A stretch of 64,000 bases of DNA from Phoronis australis. Lineage: Eukaryota > Animalia > Phoronida. The stretch spans positions 791,872 through 855,871 of the forward strand of contig NMRA01000070.1 in the NCBI GenBank assembly GCA_002633005.1, in the 5' to 3' direction. The notes beneath the pieces are model-generated. The model was given only the letters and a program-made list of their open reading frames with translations. It did no database searches and was not told the origin of the DNA. Both the position numbers and the translations under genes were made by a program. This document shows positions 13,441 through 28,316 of the stretch, piece by piece; the first letter of the stretch is position 1; every line of letters begins with the position of its first letter.

Positions 13441-16395
13441 TCATGATTCCAATAAGACATAATGTGATTTACTGATACTGATCTTGACTGGGGGTAAACC
13501 CATGGTCGTCCTAGATTTGTCAGACGCCTGTGAAACCCAGCAAAGAACTGAAATGATGTGTGGATAAGAGCATACATGTAGATCACAGAATGTTTACTCT
13601 GTACTAGGGCGCTAACTGGAAAAAATGAAATAAAATTTAGTACTGAGTCCAACATGCTGCTATAAAAAGTCTTCAGGCATATCCAGCTTTGCCCGCTGAA
13701 GGTCGTCGGTCCGACTGCAATATGATATCACAGAAAGATCATTTTTTGATAACAGATGGTTTGGACCCAAAAGCTACAGTCGAGGTCAAACTCGATCGAG
13801 GCCATTTAAAGTTATAGATCGATCTGATCTTGTTCGTTAGTGTTATTGGAAAAGATTTTCGGGCGAGATTAGTCGGTTCGTTAATTATTGCTTCAGAAAC
13901 AAACCCGCAGGTACTTTAACTGATTTGTCACGGCGGGTCGTCCAAGCACTGTGGGTGACGGGGGAACCCCTCGCGCGTGTTTTAGTGGAACTAATGTCAA
14001 TTCAAGCTAATGATGTCATGAGCCTGCGATGACGTCACTTTGAAAGAGCAAATACATGTATGCATGGAACAAAATGTTCCAGGCTTTGCACCAGATTATG
14101 ACATTCGTCCTGTTTAATCGGGTAAAAACAAAAATCTAATTATACGGTTTACTGACAATACGTTCGTGTGTCATTTTCAAATTCGCAAATTTTAGTAGGG
14201 TTGGCCAATATCGACGTCTTTGAATGAGTATTTCGTGAGTCGCTATTGGTTTCGACTGAGCTCTGGTTGGCAGAACAGAACTAGAATCCTGTCACGGTTT
14301 GGTCACGGTAAGGAGTATTAGGAGACCGATTATATGGGGATGTGGTCTAATTCGATTTCCGTTTTTAGCCAGGATGAAATACAGTTTTAAACTTTGACAT
14401 TTACCGGGTTATACGGCTAAACTGATACATGTATGTTGTCCCCTATGGAAACTACTCAGTTTCACGAAATATGGCAGAGTACAATAATATATTAATTTCG
14501 TGTTTGTCCTACTTGATGTACTTGCAGGGCAGAATGCAAAAGCAAACTTGAATGCCAGCTATGAAATCGTGTTAGTGTGTCAAGGTTGTCAAAACATGTT
14601 ACTAGTTCCCTGGACGAAGATCATTCATTTGATAAAAGAGCTTGTCCTTCAGCCCTCAGGAGCACATACGTAGCTTCTTTCTTGGTCTAAGATATTACAA
14701 AACAGTCTCAGCGAGGAAATTTTTCACCATGCCACAGAATTAAACCCTTTAAAGAGTTTTTTTTGTGACCAACACGTACCGTTTACTCGCCACACTCTTG
14801 CACGGAATGAGTTCGGCCGACTCAGCGCACTCTGGCGAGTTTCAGATATTTACTTTACTGCTGTCTTCTTATATCGTCGAGTAGGAATCAAAAAGTCGGA
14901 GCATCATTTCTCAGCAATGATTTTGGGCTTCATATAAATTTTTCAAATGCTATGCCTTGATGCATTGTTTTCCAAAGAGTATTTGGGAATTGTTCTTAAA
15001 ATGTTTCACAGTGCGAGGGCTTACAAAAATAGAAATTCATTTATTTTTACAAAAAAAAAAAAACAACTCAAACGTTGCATGAAACAGAATTTAGAAAACT
15101 GTTCAGTGTTTTTGAGATTTCATATTGAACGTTTACTTTGACATCAGACGAAATTTGACCATGTTTTGCTATGAACGTATTTTTATCATTCTATTTTTTC
15201 TAAAACATGACAACGTGACTCAATTCATGGTCAACTTATATCAGGTCAAAAATCGATTTCTATAAGCTTTCTATTTTCAGACAATTAGCACTTTTAAGGG
15301 GGTTCAAATCTTTGGGTTTGTAGATGCTAAGTTGGCCAAATACACATTTGTCGACGAGGCTCTACACAAGGAACTGGGTCATCCAGTGACATCTTGCGGA
15401 CCCTTTGGACAAAGAAGTAAACACGGCAATCAAGTCAAAGAGGTTAGTCTTGGTATTACACGATAAATGGCAATAATACAATTGGTCACAATTCTGTCGA
15501 AGGCCGGTGTGGTTTTGTCTCTCTCACTCAGTCTCTGCCGGTAGCACTAGAACCTGGTTAACAACTCAGAAGTCATTTGGACGGATTGTTACGGCACAAA
15601 TTTATAATCTGATTTAAATGTCTATGTCAATGTTTCGGGTTGTTTCTTATTAATCTAATTTTTATATTAGTTTCTGAGACAAATATTTATGCAGTTGACG
15701 GTAAATGCTTTTATTTGATGGCTGTTCCATTTTGGATAACAGTTAGGAAATGTTGAAATACGATTTCAAATCTAGTATCGTAATCAGCCTGGTTTTGGTG
15801 CTGTTCACCGGTCTCTAATACCGGAAATAAGGCACAAAACGACTGTGATATCTGCTTACGTCGCTTGCAGCCATAGCAACGTACGGCGACCAACATGACC
15901 TGTGTCACGATATTTAATGTCACCAACAAGTGGGTTTATGGCAAAAATAGACACCAAGAATATCACACGTCGGTGTTACTGGTTGTTTATTTTTGACCGA
16001 CGTGACTGCTCAGAAAAACATGCAAATTTGTAATTGGTTGCAGTTGATGGGGAAAGTATTACAGCTCGTTGAGCTGTTATGCGAACAACCGGCGGGCAGA
16101 CCGTGGAGTAAAAAGATTGGTAGCTTGAGATATGTTGAGAAATCCTTGTCTTGATCAAAGACTGTTGTCTAACAGAAAGTAAAACAATAAAAGAAAAAAG
16201 ATAGGGCCTACTTTGTACTCACTGTGTTGGCCTCGTTCAGGACACTTTAATTATTCTGGCCAAACAATTCGGTGCTCAAAAGTTCCAATGGAAAGAATTA
16301 CATTGCATACACAATATGTTTGACGGATATTGGTTTACTCAAAATTACTAAACAGTATATTGTTTCATCGTGGATGGTCAGCGAACATTATATCT

Positions 16396-16715
16396 CAGGG
16401 GCGGATCCACGATTTTGAGTTAGGAGGACCCAGGGCACAAGAATAACCAGAATTTCGCCACATGCGCGCACCAAGCCTAAAATGTAGGGATGTAGGGGGT
16501 CTTGAACTTTTGGGTTTGTGGACCCTTTTACTTAAAAAAACGGAAACGGGCTTTGTTCCAGGTTTCGCATTGTGCATTCGGCCCCCCCCGAGCCCCCTAG
16601 GTGCGTGCATGTGCCAGTCAGCAATTCGCACCCCGAACTGCCAATTGAAATCTGTGAGAATTTTAGGGGGGGGGGAGGCATGGCCCCCTTGACCCTCTCC
16701 CTAAATCCGCCACTG
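16396..16715. mobile_element. MITE of the same family, near 5-bp TSD (tatct/tattt)
   Basis: caggggcggatcc...aaatccgccactg. The internal gcacccgaactgccaa..ttttaggggggg..catggccccct block is shared with 10457-10607. Confidence 0.8.
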
Positions 16716-16810
16716 TATTTTGCTAAAAAATCTGTCTACGTAATATCAATGCTGATACTCGTTCTTCATACATGCCAGTTGGCCATTGAAAGAATACGAT
16801 GAAAGCGGCA

Positions 16811-18264
16811 TATGTTATTTAGTGCCTAGATTGGCCGAACAGTGAATATTGAATACACACCTCGGGAGCCAAAGAAATTTGATTTGTGATTTGAATAGCA
16901 TATTTTAATGCCATTAAAATGTACTTAAACCCTTGAGAGATTTAATACATGGAATCCGACATAACGGTGCGAAATCTTAAAAATAGTCAATCCTCATTCA
17001 ATAGTTTTATTCGGTAAATGTGAACTGATCGTAGAAAATACATGTAGCAGTTTGGATATACCGGGCGGTATTTAAGAAACCATTTCCATTCATATCCTAT
17101 TTTTTAGGTTCATCAATAATTAAAAGATGTTAATAATTTGCAGGAGACACATTGCGTTTTACCGCCTTAGTGAAACAGGAACGCAAAGATGCTCACAAAA
17201 CACGTGGGTTGACTCGTTGTTGAAATTTAGAGATGTTGCTAAGGTAAATAGTGGGTATCGTTTCCTTGGCAGCCAAGTATGTTCACGATAAAGATCGCCA
17301 ATTTGAGGCTTGATCGTGGAGGTCGTGTTAGAAGGCTCAGGTAACCGTGATCAAATCATTTTAGTGGCCCTCACTAAAACATTAACGGTAGTTCCCAATT
17401 AGTTGCCATCTTAACTAGGTATGGAATTAGAAAAGGAAGCTGCACACGTCACACACACCAAAGAATGTAAACAGCCTACTGCAAACACTAATTGTTTTAC
17501 CCGTTAACGTAATCAGTAGGACATTTTTGGAAATCCANTATGTTATTTAGTGCCTAGATTGGCCGAACAGTGAATATTGAATACACACCGCGGGAGCCAA
17601 AGAAATTTGATTTGTGATTTGAATAGCATATTTTAATGCCATTAATATGTACTTAAACCCTTGAGAGATTTAATACATGAAATCCGACATAACGGTGCGA
17701 AATCTTAAAAATAGTCAATCCTCATTCAATAGTTTTATTCGGTAAATGTGAACTGATCGTAGAAAATACATGTAGCAGTTTGGATATACCGGGCGGTATT
17801 TAAGAAACCATTTCCATTCATATCCTAATTTTAGGTTCATCAATAATTAAAAGATGTTAATAATTTGCAGGAGACACATTGCGTTTTACCGCCTTAGTGA
17901 AACAGGAACGCAAAGATGCTCACGAAACACGTGGGTTGACTCGTTGTTGAAATTTAGAGATGTTGCTAAGGTAAATAGTGGGTATCGTTTCCTTGGCAGC
18001 CAAGTATGTTCACGATAAAGATCGCCAATTTGAGGCTTGATCGTGGAGGTCGTGTTAGAAGGCTCAGGTAACCGTGATCAAATCATTTTAGTGGCCCTCA
18101 CTAAAACATTAACGGTAGTTCCCAATTAGTTGCCATCTTAACTAGGTATGGAATTAGAAAAGGAAGCTGCACACGTCACACACACCAAAGAATGTAAACA
18201 GCCTACTGCAAACACTAATTGTTTTACCCGTTAACGTAATCAGTAGGACATTTTTGGAAATCCA
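16811..18264. repeat. Allelic tandem duplication (~727 bp x2) joined by a single N (17538)
   Basis: 16811-17537 and 17539-18264 differ at only a handful of sites. Confidence 0.92.
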
Positions 18265-19259
18265 GAAATGGTTGTCAAGGCAAATACACAAACTTGGGAA
18301 TGGCCTTGTTGAAGCAAGAGGAATAAATTACACTGTCAGCCTCAGTTTTTGATTAGTGTAAGTTCAATAATTCATTTTAGGTTTTTGATACCACTCTAGC
18401 TTAGCAAGCCCGTAGCCAACATTGCTCGAGGGGTGGTTCAAATTTCTTAAACGGTGCACCTTTCGATCATATTTTGCAAACGTCCGCCATTTGTTCTGTA
18501 AATCTCTTAGGCAGCTAAACCCGGCAGACGTGAAATCAGTGTACACAGCGATGACCCTTGGCGGCTTCATTTTCCTGAGTTAAGATGAAATTAGTAGGCC
18601 TTATCCAAGAAATCACGAGGATGTCATGAAGGTTAAACGCAAAAACGGGACCCAAGTTCGGATGTGATGTTCTCTCGCTGGATTACTGAGCGTTACCCTT
18701 TGCCAAACTTTCGAGTCGTGCGTGCTTTTAAAAATAAGTTATTATACTCCATCACATACTCGCACGGAAACATTTAGTCAGAGAATGACTTGAAGAATTT
18801 TTTGTCTGGCCTACTCGATTCAGTTTAGACAAAGTGGCGTACCTAGAAATGATGAGAGTCCGGATATTAATAAATTTTAACTGGGTTTGTTTCCAATGTG
18901 AATGTGGGCTCCAAAGCATTTCTTGTGAATAAGGAAACATTTAGTCAGATACGCGCGTGGCCGGATCGCAACTAAAATAATGTAGTAGGTTACCCTGTCC
19001 ATGCCAGTCTTCACCACGTGAGAGTGTGAAATTCAGTCTTCCCAAATTTAAAGCTGCCCGTAAAATGTCCCAACCCTGAAATGAAATACCTCAGTACCCC
19101 CAATGTTGTCCCCGTTTTGAAAATGAATTGTTTACATTCAAGAATCGCGGTTGTTTATGATTGGAACTGAGCTCATTTGCAAACAATGCAATCAATAATT
19201 TAAGAACTGCTAATTTTTGTACACCCTTTAATGGTTACTAAATAGACACAAGTACAATG

Positions 19260-19400
19260 CATGGGAGCCCACCATAGGGGGCTGGGGGGCTATAGCCTCC
19301 CACTTTTTTCACTTGTGCTGCCACGCCCATGGTCTCTAAGCGGTGCACCACAGTGGGGCAGGTGGGGCTTTAGCTCTCCACTTTCTTCAGTGCACCAACC
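19260..19400. mobile_element. Two tandem diverged copies of the same mini-MITE family (reverse orientation)
   Basis: The gggggctatagcctcccacttttttcac core is the reverse complement of the core at 3975-4002. Confidence 0.6.
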
Positions 19401-22400
19401 TGTCATCTGGTACGCAGATACATGGCCACTTGGCGAAGTTGGCTGGGTACAGCCCACGTGATTACGTAAAGCGCTTCAATGGATTCCGAACCAATTTTGA
19501 AATTATTAGCAACTCTATTATTATTTGATTTTGTAGTACCAGTAACAACAACAACAACTCTGTTGCTATTGTTGTTCATCTATATCCTATGCGTAACGGA
19601 TATGCTGAGGCTGGACCTTTTCCGCGGTGAGGGGGTTCCATCGAACCCCCCGAACCNACCCCCCCCCCCCGGCTACTGGCCTGCTTAGTCGCGGATTCTC
19701 CTTCACAGTGGGAAATATATGGGACGTGATGTCCTTGTTCATCCATTGATATTTCAAAAGGTTTGCCTTTTTCCGTATTTCATTAATATAACCTACCGCA
19801 CAGCAGTGAAAATTTTCCTGCATTATGATAATAGGATAGGCGTTAAAACACTGTTTATGTCAGTAGGTTGAAATCTCCTTTGGCAACATTACAGGCACAA
19901 GGGATCTATAGGTGGCGCTGAACGCTTGTCCACCAAATAGCTAGCGCAGTCTGGCGGGATAGTGAATTTCAATATGAGACGGGTATTTCGAAATTCAGCA
20001 TTTGCAATAACGCACGAATCAAGGCTGCATTCCATATACCTAAAACAATCACGAGAAAAGCTATTGTGGTTACTTGTTCCGGTCGTAATTCGTGTGACGG
20101 TCTCGTGGTCACTTGCTCCGGTAATAATTCGTGTGGGGATCTCGTTCCCATATTCAACGTGCAATGCAGTAGGGTGAGGGACGAAAGAAGGCGATATCTC
20201 TCGAACACAATCTCGATTTTCTCGCAAAAAATACTCTAAGGAACGCAACCCGAACTGTGATATTTTTATTTATCAGAGGAGTTTCCAATATCGTTTGCGA
20301 TACAGAGTGGTGGTTTTGGAACTGTGTCTTACTCAGTGTACGTGAATATGATATTAGGGATTGCATCGAGTTGGTGCTCGCATTGCATCACGACTGATGG
20401 GCCATGGATTTGCGGCGCTTGTCAAGTATAGAACATGAGCGCGGACTTGGGTATTTGTTTGGCTATCTTATTGTCCAGGGGTCAGGTGAAATCGGGGATC
20501 GTAGGTGATATTTCAAGTATAGAGACGTGACCAACTGAAACGTTTACACCACCTGTGAAAGAAAAATGAATTATAACTCGGCCAGGCCCCAGCCATTTTC
20601 GACTGAGCCAAAAATTCACCAAATGGTTCACACATACATGTATAACTGCACGGCTTTAGCTAATTTGTGCTTCGAGGCGCCGACAGGTGTCCTTCGTCAT
20701 GTCCATGCACTTGTTTTTAAAAGGAACGTTCTAGTGATGTTCATCTAACATTTTCAATCAATATGTAAATCAAAGTCTATTTTAGCGAAGAAATCAACCC
20801 TTTCCACGTGCTCTTAAATATGCTCCCTGTTTTGTCTCCAAGTTTTTGCACATTCACTTAGTGGCTGTACTTCGGGAGCAAGTTTCCGGATGTACAGAAT
20901 AGATTAAACGCACGCCACTTTTCATTGACAGTCTTTATTCCGTTACGTTCATACCTTCGGAACAAAACCGTACTCTCAACTGAACATAGATAAAGTAACT
21001 GACCGAGCGACATTCATGTAGGCCTAGAATGCTCGGCGACATAATAGGCACGAACGTGCATGTCAATGCATGCACGGGTATAAACACGACGCTGATTTTA
21101 ACAGGCTCAATTAAATTGATTACTGAAACATTAGGTGCTCGGCGGAAATGAGATCAGTGAAAATCCTATCATTTAGCTCTGTATAACTAAAACGACACTG
21201 TGACCGAAAGAAACGTATTGGTAAAGCCCGGGCTAGGATCAGTACACATGTATCTTTGGGCAAGGCGTAGAATCCATATCACAGCTTCTTAATTCTACCT
21301 TTACGGGTTAATTCCAAGCATGTTATCTCTTGAAATTAAAATCGAAGTGGAGATGTTCTATACCCGGGTCTCATGGGCTTATCACCTGAAGATTGCTTAT
21401 CGGGTTTGTATTGACTCACCAGAATACCTAGTATCTCATAAAGAGTACCGTACATTCACTTTATCTCTATTTGTAACGGAATGTTGCTCTGTTAAGACGA
21501 AGATTTAGTCTGATAACGTAGCAGTTCAATAAATATTGTTTGCGTTTTGGGGTGACGCCTCTCTGTCGCCTGGTTCCCCCTACTGCAATATTGAGACTTC
21601 AATATTATAAATCAGCCGTCGCTTGCGCAACGTTGCATGATTGCGGTGATGTTGAAAAGTTTATTTGTGTTAAAAAGGTTATTTTTGTAATTCCATTGCG
21701 TATTGCCTCAACCAACTACACATGTACGCAGATACCGGCCGCGGTATTTTGAAAACCCAGAATTATTTCAGGAAAACCTATACAGGATTATTTGCACAAA
21801 CGAACGTCGTGTCCCCAAAGGATTCATGACTACCGAAAAGTTATGTCGCACCTATTGGCAGACAGTGATACTACACAGTCAGAGTAGTATAACGCGTGCA
21901 CCAGCAACAGTGATTTTACATCAAGAAACCACAAACGCTACGAATGTTTTTTCACGGTATTAATCGAGCAAAATTGGGTGGAACTCAAATTTCCGTCATA
22001 TGCGTGCTCTAATGCAAAATTGTTTGGAAAATACACGGGATTTTTTTCCACCCTGAATTTTCACGTGCAACGACACCAATGTCTTCCGAACAGAGTGCGG
22101 ACCAAATGACTTTGAAGCAAGTTATCTCACTTCTTTGAACAACTAGCACTGGGAAAAATTTTATTATTCTTATTATTCAACGTATTGTCCAATAATACAT
22201 GTTTTGAGCATGCTAAAAGTTCAACTTTAATGTGTCTAGTAATCTGTGGAAACACGAATGTCAGCATGTACAGAGTGTATAATTATGGTAACAGGAATCT
22301 AATTGCAAAGACACTTTACATCGTTTCTATACTGGCGTAATAAATGCCCCACACCCGATGGTCCAAAGAACACCTGACTACTTTCACATGTACAGGTGAG

Positions 22401-23209
22401 TCGTTTTTGTAAAAGTTGTGGCCCTTAAGGGGCTTAGTGTCGTAAGATAATTACACAGTCGACTGCAGATCATGATAACGGAGTACCATAAATGTATGTG
22501 ATAAAAGCCTCATCACCGATCCGACATAGGCTTTCATTGGCTAAACATTGTCCGCTATTCAGCGAGATATATATTTAGCTCAAAGGTTTGTGTGTTGATA
22601 GACTAGTAAATGTTGTGATTGAGAAGATATTGAGAATACATTCTCTGATGTTGAATAGCCAGGAGGTGGTTTAAAAACGACGCAAAGGTCAACAAAGATC
22701 GGTTTTGAGAGGAGTTCTCGCTTGCAAAAACAACTGGGAGGTTCGACAAACATACTTTGATAATCAACGTTGTTCCAGTCGTGTTCATCCGAAAAAAGTC
22801 GACAGAATCCGTGTATAGAAAGCTCTGTTAGATTGCGTAGTAACAAAACAAACACGTTTATTCTGATTAAACACGAGCACAAAGGGTCTTCAATACGGCT
22901 TTGGAACGTTGATTGGGGATTCGTGGACATAAATGTGTATTTACTTTTATCATTAGTTTACCCTTCTCGCTTTCCAGATTAGTGAGGGTATCACTGTGAT
23001 TGTTGTCGACTTTTTGGAACAAGTCGTTGTCGTGCGTGTACGTGTTGTTAACGACTTTCAGGCTATTACGGGTATTATTTCTACGATGGTTACGAGACAT
23101 GCAATGGAAAACTTTTGGCATGAACTGAATTAACTAACTGCGTTCATCGGCGTTTCTGACTTTCTTCTCGTAGACGTCAATTTATGTCAGCACATGTGCA
23201 ATAGATAAT

Positions 23210-26200
23210 ATGGCAGAATCTGACGTAAACATACACAAACGACGGAAGTTGCTCTTTGATGACGAGACAATGAGCTTTCGTTTCGAGTCTAGTTCGAAGA
23301 CCATCGAGAGAATGGGCGAGCAGAAAACAAAAGAAGCGTTGGCCAAAAACAGAGGAGAAGAGAGGCTTCTAGAAACGACCAAACGACAGGTAAAGGCTAT
23401 GTGCTCCGACTGTACTTGTATTTTAGTATGTGTGAGGCCGCAGTGCCTGAGAGGAATCTGACGCCGGGAAATGATAACTTGCAATGTTTCGCTGGGAAGG
23501 ACCATCATTCTGTTTTGGTTCCCTTAACTTTTCATGTATTCATAAATGTATGTGTTCTTCACCTTTGCTCTCGTACATCATGATGTAGGTAGTCCTCTGT
23601 GCCAGGTTGCATGAAACATTGCCAAATACAGACTCAACTAAGTACCTTAAATCTTTTGCGTATTTGTTTCATTCTTTACACACATATCTAGTGTTTTTCT
23701 ATCTGAACTTCTATTTGACTTATGTAAAACCGAGTTGTTAAATCAGCCGAAATAACTGAGGGACTTAGTTTCATGAAAAGATCCCTGCTTAATTATTTTC
23801 AGTAATATTGAGAATTCAACGTAGACTTCATTCGCGATTTGTATCAAAAGTTAAAAATTGACTTAATTATGAGACTCAAACAACAGGAAAAGGGACAGGC
23901 AAGGTTTTCTAAAGCTTAAAAATACGTAGTATATTTAGGAAACTTGGCTGAGTCCCTATTTGGAACTGTTTCCTGCAACCGGAAACTGGTTCTCATTATC
24001 CTGAAATACCTTTTCAACATTTCATTAAAATTATGCTGATTTTTACGCCGGTGGTGGTATGGAAATATTCCTTGATGCCACGTGGTCCGATCAGAAACTT
24101 GGAGCGGGGTGGAACTGTGCGTACGGCATTCACATCACTTCATTTTGTATTGCGACCAAAACACGCCACTAACTCGTCTTAAAGTTTAAGAAAACGAACC
24201 GCAGGAAACTAACATTAAAAACGCTAATCTGTTCTGAATACCTGAAGTCCCTACACTTTACAGTTGCTAGACGCGAGTTGAAGCGACAAAATTTTAACTA
24301 GTACTGAATGTTGTGTATACTATACATTGATATGAATCCTGGTCTTTGATTTGGTTACAAAAAATACCAAAAGCTACGTGTCCTTTCATCCTCGAACGGT
24401 AATCGCATATCGAATTTTTCTGGGAACGTCGATTAAATATTCCATGATTAGAGAATGCAAGGACAGACGGCTTTGGGATTTTTTTCACAGTCGGACCAAA
24501 GATCATGATTCGTGTCTCTGCTGTATTATTCGCAAACTCAGGTTCAGTATCTTTAACAGTTTACGTTTACACCAGTTATCAGCGTATATCAGACACAATG
24601 CGATTTTGTTCCTTGTTTCTTTCTCAATTTCACCTTTAATCAATGTGTAGACTATTGAAAATCTACTTCACAACAAGAATACGGAATTGCATTGAGAGAA
24701 AGGCTTCTTCAGTGCGTAGATGATAAAACCTCGAACTACTTGGTCCTAAATGAACGCTAAGATAAGAACCCACTAAAATCACGGATCCTTGACGGCAAAC
24801 ACCTGTCGTGTATTCCGCGCTGAATCAAGCACGAGAGTTTTGTTGTATGCGTTTAGCACCCGTGCTTTTTGAGTGCATAAGCCTGTTTTGTGAGAACGGT
24901 GCAATGTTTTCCGGACTTGTGTGAGCCGTGTTCATGAGTGCGTACCCACCTGTATGTTCACCGATGAGTGCGTAGCTATCTCAGTGTATGTTCATGAGTG
25001 CGCAGGTAATGTTGTCTGGATAGCCTTACTGTTATACCGGACAAAACATGCAAATAATCGACCATTCCGGGTCATTCTGGTGGAAATTGCTTTGCAGTGA
25101 AATTCATCGATTGAATGTACTGTTTGGCTTAGACGTCAGTGTGGAACTAGTTTATTTTTTCATGTTTAGACAATGTCAGTTGTAGTGTAATGGTAAGGGG
25201 AAAAAGTGGAATTTAACTGTTCTTTCATCCAAATTGTTTCTGTCGCCTTCCGTGTTTGTACATATGTACCCCAACGGAGAAAAAAGGACAATTCATCTAA
25301 AGCACGTTCTCAGTAATACCTCAAAATTAACACTAAATATGTTCTAGTGGTACACTGATATGGTTGGCATTTACTAATTGGCTATGATAGAGTAAAGACT
25401 TTTTTGAAAGGCCATAACAGGATAAATTTGCCGTCGAATATGTTTGTGTAAGATTGACTTCTTGAAGTTATTAGCTTTGACGGCAGCTTTAAAACAGCAA
25501 CATCAAATTCGAGACAAATACTGCATCAGCTGTTTGTTGCTGGGCGCCATCATGAAAATGGACGACGCTGGCGGTGTTACGCTAATCTAAGCCGGCGCAA
25601 AAAGTCAAAGGTAATCTCCTGCTTGTTTGTTAGATAAAGACGCTACAAGCAGTACATTGGAGGAGTAACGTCTCTAGAATAAACCTTTGTGAATGAAAAC
25701 GAGTTCTGAATTGCCGTGCGAGATGAGAAACGCCGAGCTTCGGTTGACACTAGTCAGCGTCAACATTGTTTTTTTAAAAATCTGGCCTTTTTTCTAGAAT
25801 TTGACTAATTAAGCTATTGAATCCTGGCTCAAGTTTCAAAAATGTCCAACGATCTTTATTGCAAGTTGGCGGTATAGTTACACAAAGCTTGCTTTCATGA
25901 AGCCAGATCCGATTATAAAATTCGATAACCCGATGATTATAACTCAGCCTACCATGCAGTGTTGCTTAGGGGTAACTATTGCTAGAGAACCGTGTTGTTG
26001 GACCTCGAGATCGAACTGTATATTAATACTGTAATTAATGTACACATTGGGCGACTAGGGCGGTAACTGCAGGTCACGTGGTTCAACAACCAGGAAAGGT
26101 TCACTGACCTTGCAGATTTTTTCGAAAATGTAAGCAAAAGGAAAGCATATTCAAGTAAATGTGACGTATTTTTGATATTGTCTATGATAAATCCGTGTAG

Positions 26201-28316
26201 TGTTCTATTTTGCACATTTTATTCATTCTTCATTGTCGCCGGTTAAACGTTAGAGTTTACTAAATACAGCACAGTGATTCAACCCATTGGCGGCTATAGT
26301 CTCTCCTATCTTAGCCACCTCCATGCCTTTTTCAGATATATGACAGAGATCTTTCAGAATATAAACACTTTGTTCAAGTGGATCGTTTCTTGTTTAAAAC
26401 TTCTTTGAAGATGTTTTGACGCCTAAGTCAGAGTGCCAGCAGCGTATCAGCACAACCTAGAATTACGCTCGTATATTATATCGGAGTGGAGCACATTTGT
26501 TCAGTCGGGTAGACGGTTGTTTCCCGAATTTTGCGTCTCTGTGAAAATGCAAGGTCTAGAAAAATAGGCGGACCATTTGACACTTTGTTTTCCTGGGTTG
26601 TGTCAAATAGCTGGGCTGATGAGACCCAAGTCTGTTCGCTGGACCCGCTTCCTGTGCCTATGCCCCCGTATGGTCTATGCAAGCGTTTTTGCTGCTGTTG
26701 TTTGTCGCCGATATCGATCGGGAGACGGGAGTATGATTAGAAGCAAGGGAAGGTGTATCATGAACCTGGGGCTCGTTTTACGAAACTATCCTTATAATTA
26801 AACCAAAGTATAGCCACTATAAACTTCCTTCCATCAAACAAACAGGCCTGTCACTTGATGCGCCGATAATGGCATCAAGAAATGAATGAACTGCCAGTTC
26901 TTTGCAAGCCCATTATGTGAGTGAGGGACAGGCCGAGACCAAATTGTCAACGGTGAGCGGTCTAAATCGAAAATTTTCTTGTAGGACGGAACGCACAGTG
27001 AGTTTATAGCCGCTTTATAAGTCGTTATTGTTCAGCCTGACGGTTTAGTACAAGAGAATTACTGAACCATAATGTAAAATAAAACTTGGTGGCATTGCTG
27101 TGACAAAGTTTGGGCGGGTGAGGTGCAGCCCAGGCTCTACTCTGCGAACTTAAACTCGAGTCATGACGCTGGTTGGAAAGTGTCTCCCATAACTTTAGGC
27201 AGGTAAACTACAAGCATAATAAGGGTGACACTTCTTCCCGAACAGCCCAGCCTAGTAAAAACACTTTTCACGCCTGCGTAGCACTTAAAAGCATGAATTA
27301 TGAGTATACATCACGAGAAAAATTTTCGAGAGTAAATGACGAGAGTCAGCTACGAGCGTAAATTCATTAGCGTGTTAGTTATGAGCATCGTTCTTCGCTC
27401 GTCGTTTATACGTGCGTACATTTACAAGTGTAGGGCCTATATCTACGGGTGTAGTAAAACTTTTTTAGATGTCACATGACCTGTCACCTGCTCATTGGAC
27501 ATAACGATTACGCACACAAAACAAGGTTGTGGAAATTGCGTTTACGCCGTACATGTACATGTAATTCACGAGCGTGAGTTAGACTTTCTACTCAGCGTCC
27601 AGCGATACGCTACATGAGTAAATATCCAGAGTTTGTTTGAAACGTGCCGTGAGACGAGTTTCAAGTATGCATGTTGAGCTTAAACGCGACCCGGACACTG
27701 GTTCGCCATTTCTGAGCTTTTAACAATTTTGTAGTCAACCCAAACGATATGAAAATTAATTTGTCAAATTCCATTTCAGTCCGAATACCAAGCTCGATGG
27801 TACGACAGAAAGACGTCGAAGGAAATGGGTGGCATTCGCGATTCTTTGAAAGAAAAGACAGCTCACAAAGAAATTCTTGATGAAGTCGCACGCCAGTATG
27901 CACATGACGAGAACAACAACGGATCGTTTGGCAAGTACGGACCTAATGCATCTAAAACGGAACTACTTCCGCGTATCGAAACGGCTCTAAAGCAAATGGA
28001 GCCGTCGTATAAAAGGCAAAGGCAAGCCGAGAATTTGTTAGACCAGAGGAAAAAAATCGAGCAAATGGACAGAAAATTATCAACGTCGGCTATGATGACT
28101 AGAAGTAAAAAGAAAAATATAGAGCTTCCTGAAATTGAAAGGCGGGAAACCTCTGACGACAGAAAAAGGGCAACGAAGCTGGTTTTACCACCTATCGTGG
28201 TTAAAAAGTCGAAAACAAAAATGAGTACGCCATCTAGTGTCACACGAGAGATGACAAGAATGGACCCTTTGCCATCTGTTTTTGTGACTCAAGTTGTGTC
28301 CGAAAATCAACGCTGA
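23210..28316 (+). CDS. Uncharacterised basic, charged, probably disordered protein (2 exons, ~238 aa)
   Basis: Exon 23210-23389 (ataATGG start, donor CAG|gtaaag, phase 0) joins in frame to exon 27780-28316 (acceptor ttccatttcag|, phase 0, 178 codons open). The protein is K/R/E-rich with LPRI/LPEI/LPPI motifs and a C-terminal VFVTQ. ATTAAA at 28395. Extra internal exons cannot be excluded. Confidence 0.6.
24840..25005. repeat. Degenerate tandem minisatellite
   Basis: Repeated tgttcatgagtgcgta-like units. Confidence 0.55.

Noticed and set aside
16811-18264. Apparent recent tandem duplication
   Set aside because: A single N at the junction and ~1% divergence are typical of unmerged allelic contig ends in a heterozygous assembly.
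26636-26660. CTGATGA-gac-ccaa-gtc hammerhead-like start
   Set aside because: The required GAAA after stem II is missing.
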